The translations under genes and the position numbers were made by a program. Below the pieces are notes generated by a model, which saw only the letters and a list, made by a program, of their open reading frames with translations, did no database searches and had not been told where the DNA came from. A stretch of 45,856 nt of DNA from Candidatus Deferrimicrobium sp. (GTDB lineage Bacteria; Caldisericota; Caldisericia; Cryosericales; Cryosericaceae), in assembly GCA_035649095.1 (NCBI GenBank), contig DASRKF010000142.1:1-45856 (forward strand), written 5' to 3'. Shown here piece by piece: positions 45,371 through 45,856 of this stretch. Numbering within the stretch: the stretch's first letter is position 1; every line of letters begins with the position of its first letter.

Positions 45371-45856
45371 TCCTCTTCAAAGATTATCACATTCCTGAGC
45401 ATCCTGCTTGCCATAGTCCTTCTGGTAGGCTGCGCACCAAGAACCACTGGGACAGTCGATGTTCTTGTTGGAGATGACCTGACGACCCAAATCGTGGAGG
45501 GAGGAGCTATATCTCTATATGGAGGAGACGTTCCCATCTCTATCTCGAAGGGAACGTACACGGCTAACTTCTCTGCCACAGTGAAAGTAGTGTCAGTAGA
45601 TGACACCAGGATGATTGCCGCGGAGATTACTTTACCAACGACCACCGTCGGCCAAGACCCCGGTAACGTCGTAGTGTATCTCTATCTCTGTCAGCCCATC
45701 TCAACCACAGCAGACAAGCTTCCCGACGGTACAATAGGCTACAAAGGCCAAGGGTATCCACAGATCATCACTGGGAAGTCGTATTACGTAGTCGGAGTTC
45801 TCCAACCTGGCTGGCAGGACCATCCTCTAGTGTATATCCCCACTGCTGCTGAGTTC
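45350..45856 (+). CDS. Hypothetical lipoprotein, partial (runs off the window end)
   Basis: TTGGAGG RBS; METTKSRSSSKIITFLSILLAIVLLVGC lipobox; frame open to the end. Not in the ORF track. Confidence 0.85.
   Translation, partial: METTKSRSSSKIITFLSILLAIVLLVGCAPRTTGTVDVLVGDDLTTQIVEGGAISLYGGDVPISISKGTYTANFSATVKVVSVDDTRMIAAEITLPTTTVGQDPGNVVVYLYLCQPISTTADKLPDGTIGYKGQGYPQIITGKSYYVVGVLQPGWQDHPLVYIPTAAEF

Noticed and set aside
26992-45856. Integron cassette array
   Set aside because: No integron integrase in the window, no recognisable attC RYYYAAC...GTTRRRY palindromes, and the genes carry their own promoters.

Overview
Chromosomal window from an anaerobic bacterium. The beta-propeller + copper-amine-oxidase-N ('stalk') surface proteins and the gene content suggest Caldisericota (Ca. 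Cryosericum-like); this is inference only. The left part (1-26990) is GC-rich core metabolism and transport: a glycyl-radical enzyme start plus its activase, a tungsten AOR operon (FeS, AOR and FAD subunits) with moaD behind a Moco/Tuco-type riboswitch, a GH5 hydrolase, a MUG glycosylase, glutamine synthetase, mscL, a Trk/Ktr K+ system, three probable pseudoenzymes, an LCP gene frameshifted in a G9 tract, GNATs, and an MFS-ChrB operon. From 26992 to the end lies a visibly more AT-rich accessory island: an EcoRI-family methylase + DUF262-HNH pair, a 1260-aa nuclease-TPR-GreA-like-PIN protein, an XRE/ImmA/PIN operon, a Fic gene and secreted proteins. The most notable signal is a family of degenerate, co-oriented TG...CA termini with ~20-bp repeated internal sites that punctuates the island. 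One such end marks the island's left border, and two ends abut with a 5-bp spacer. This pattern resembles serial insertion of Tn7/Mu/IS21-like transposons, but no transposase lies in the window.
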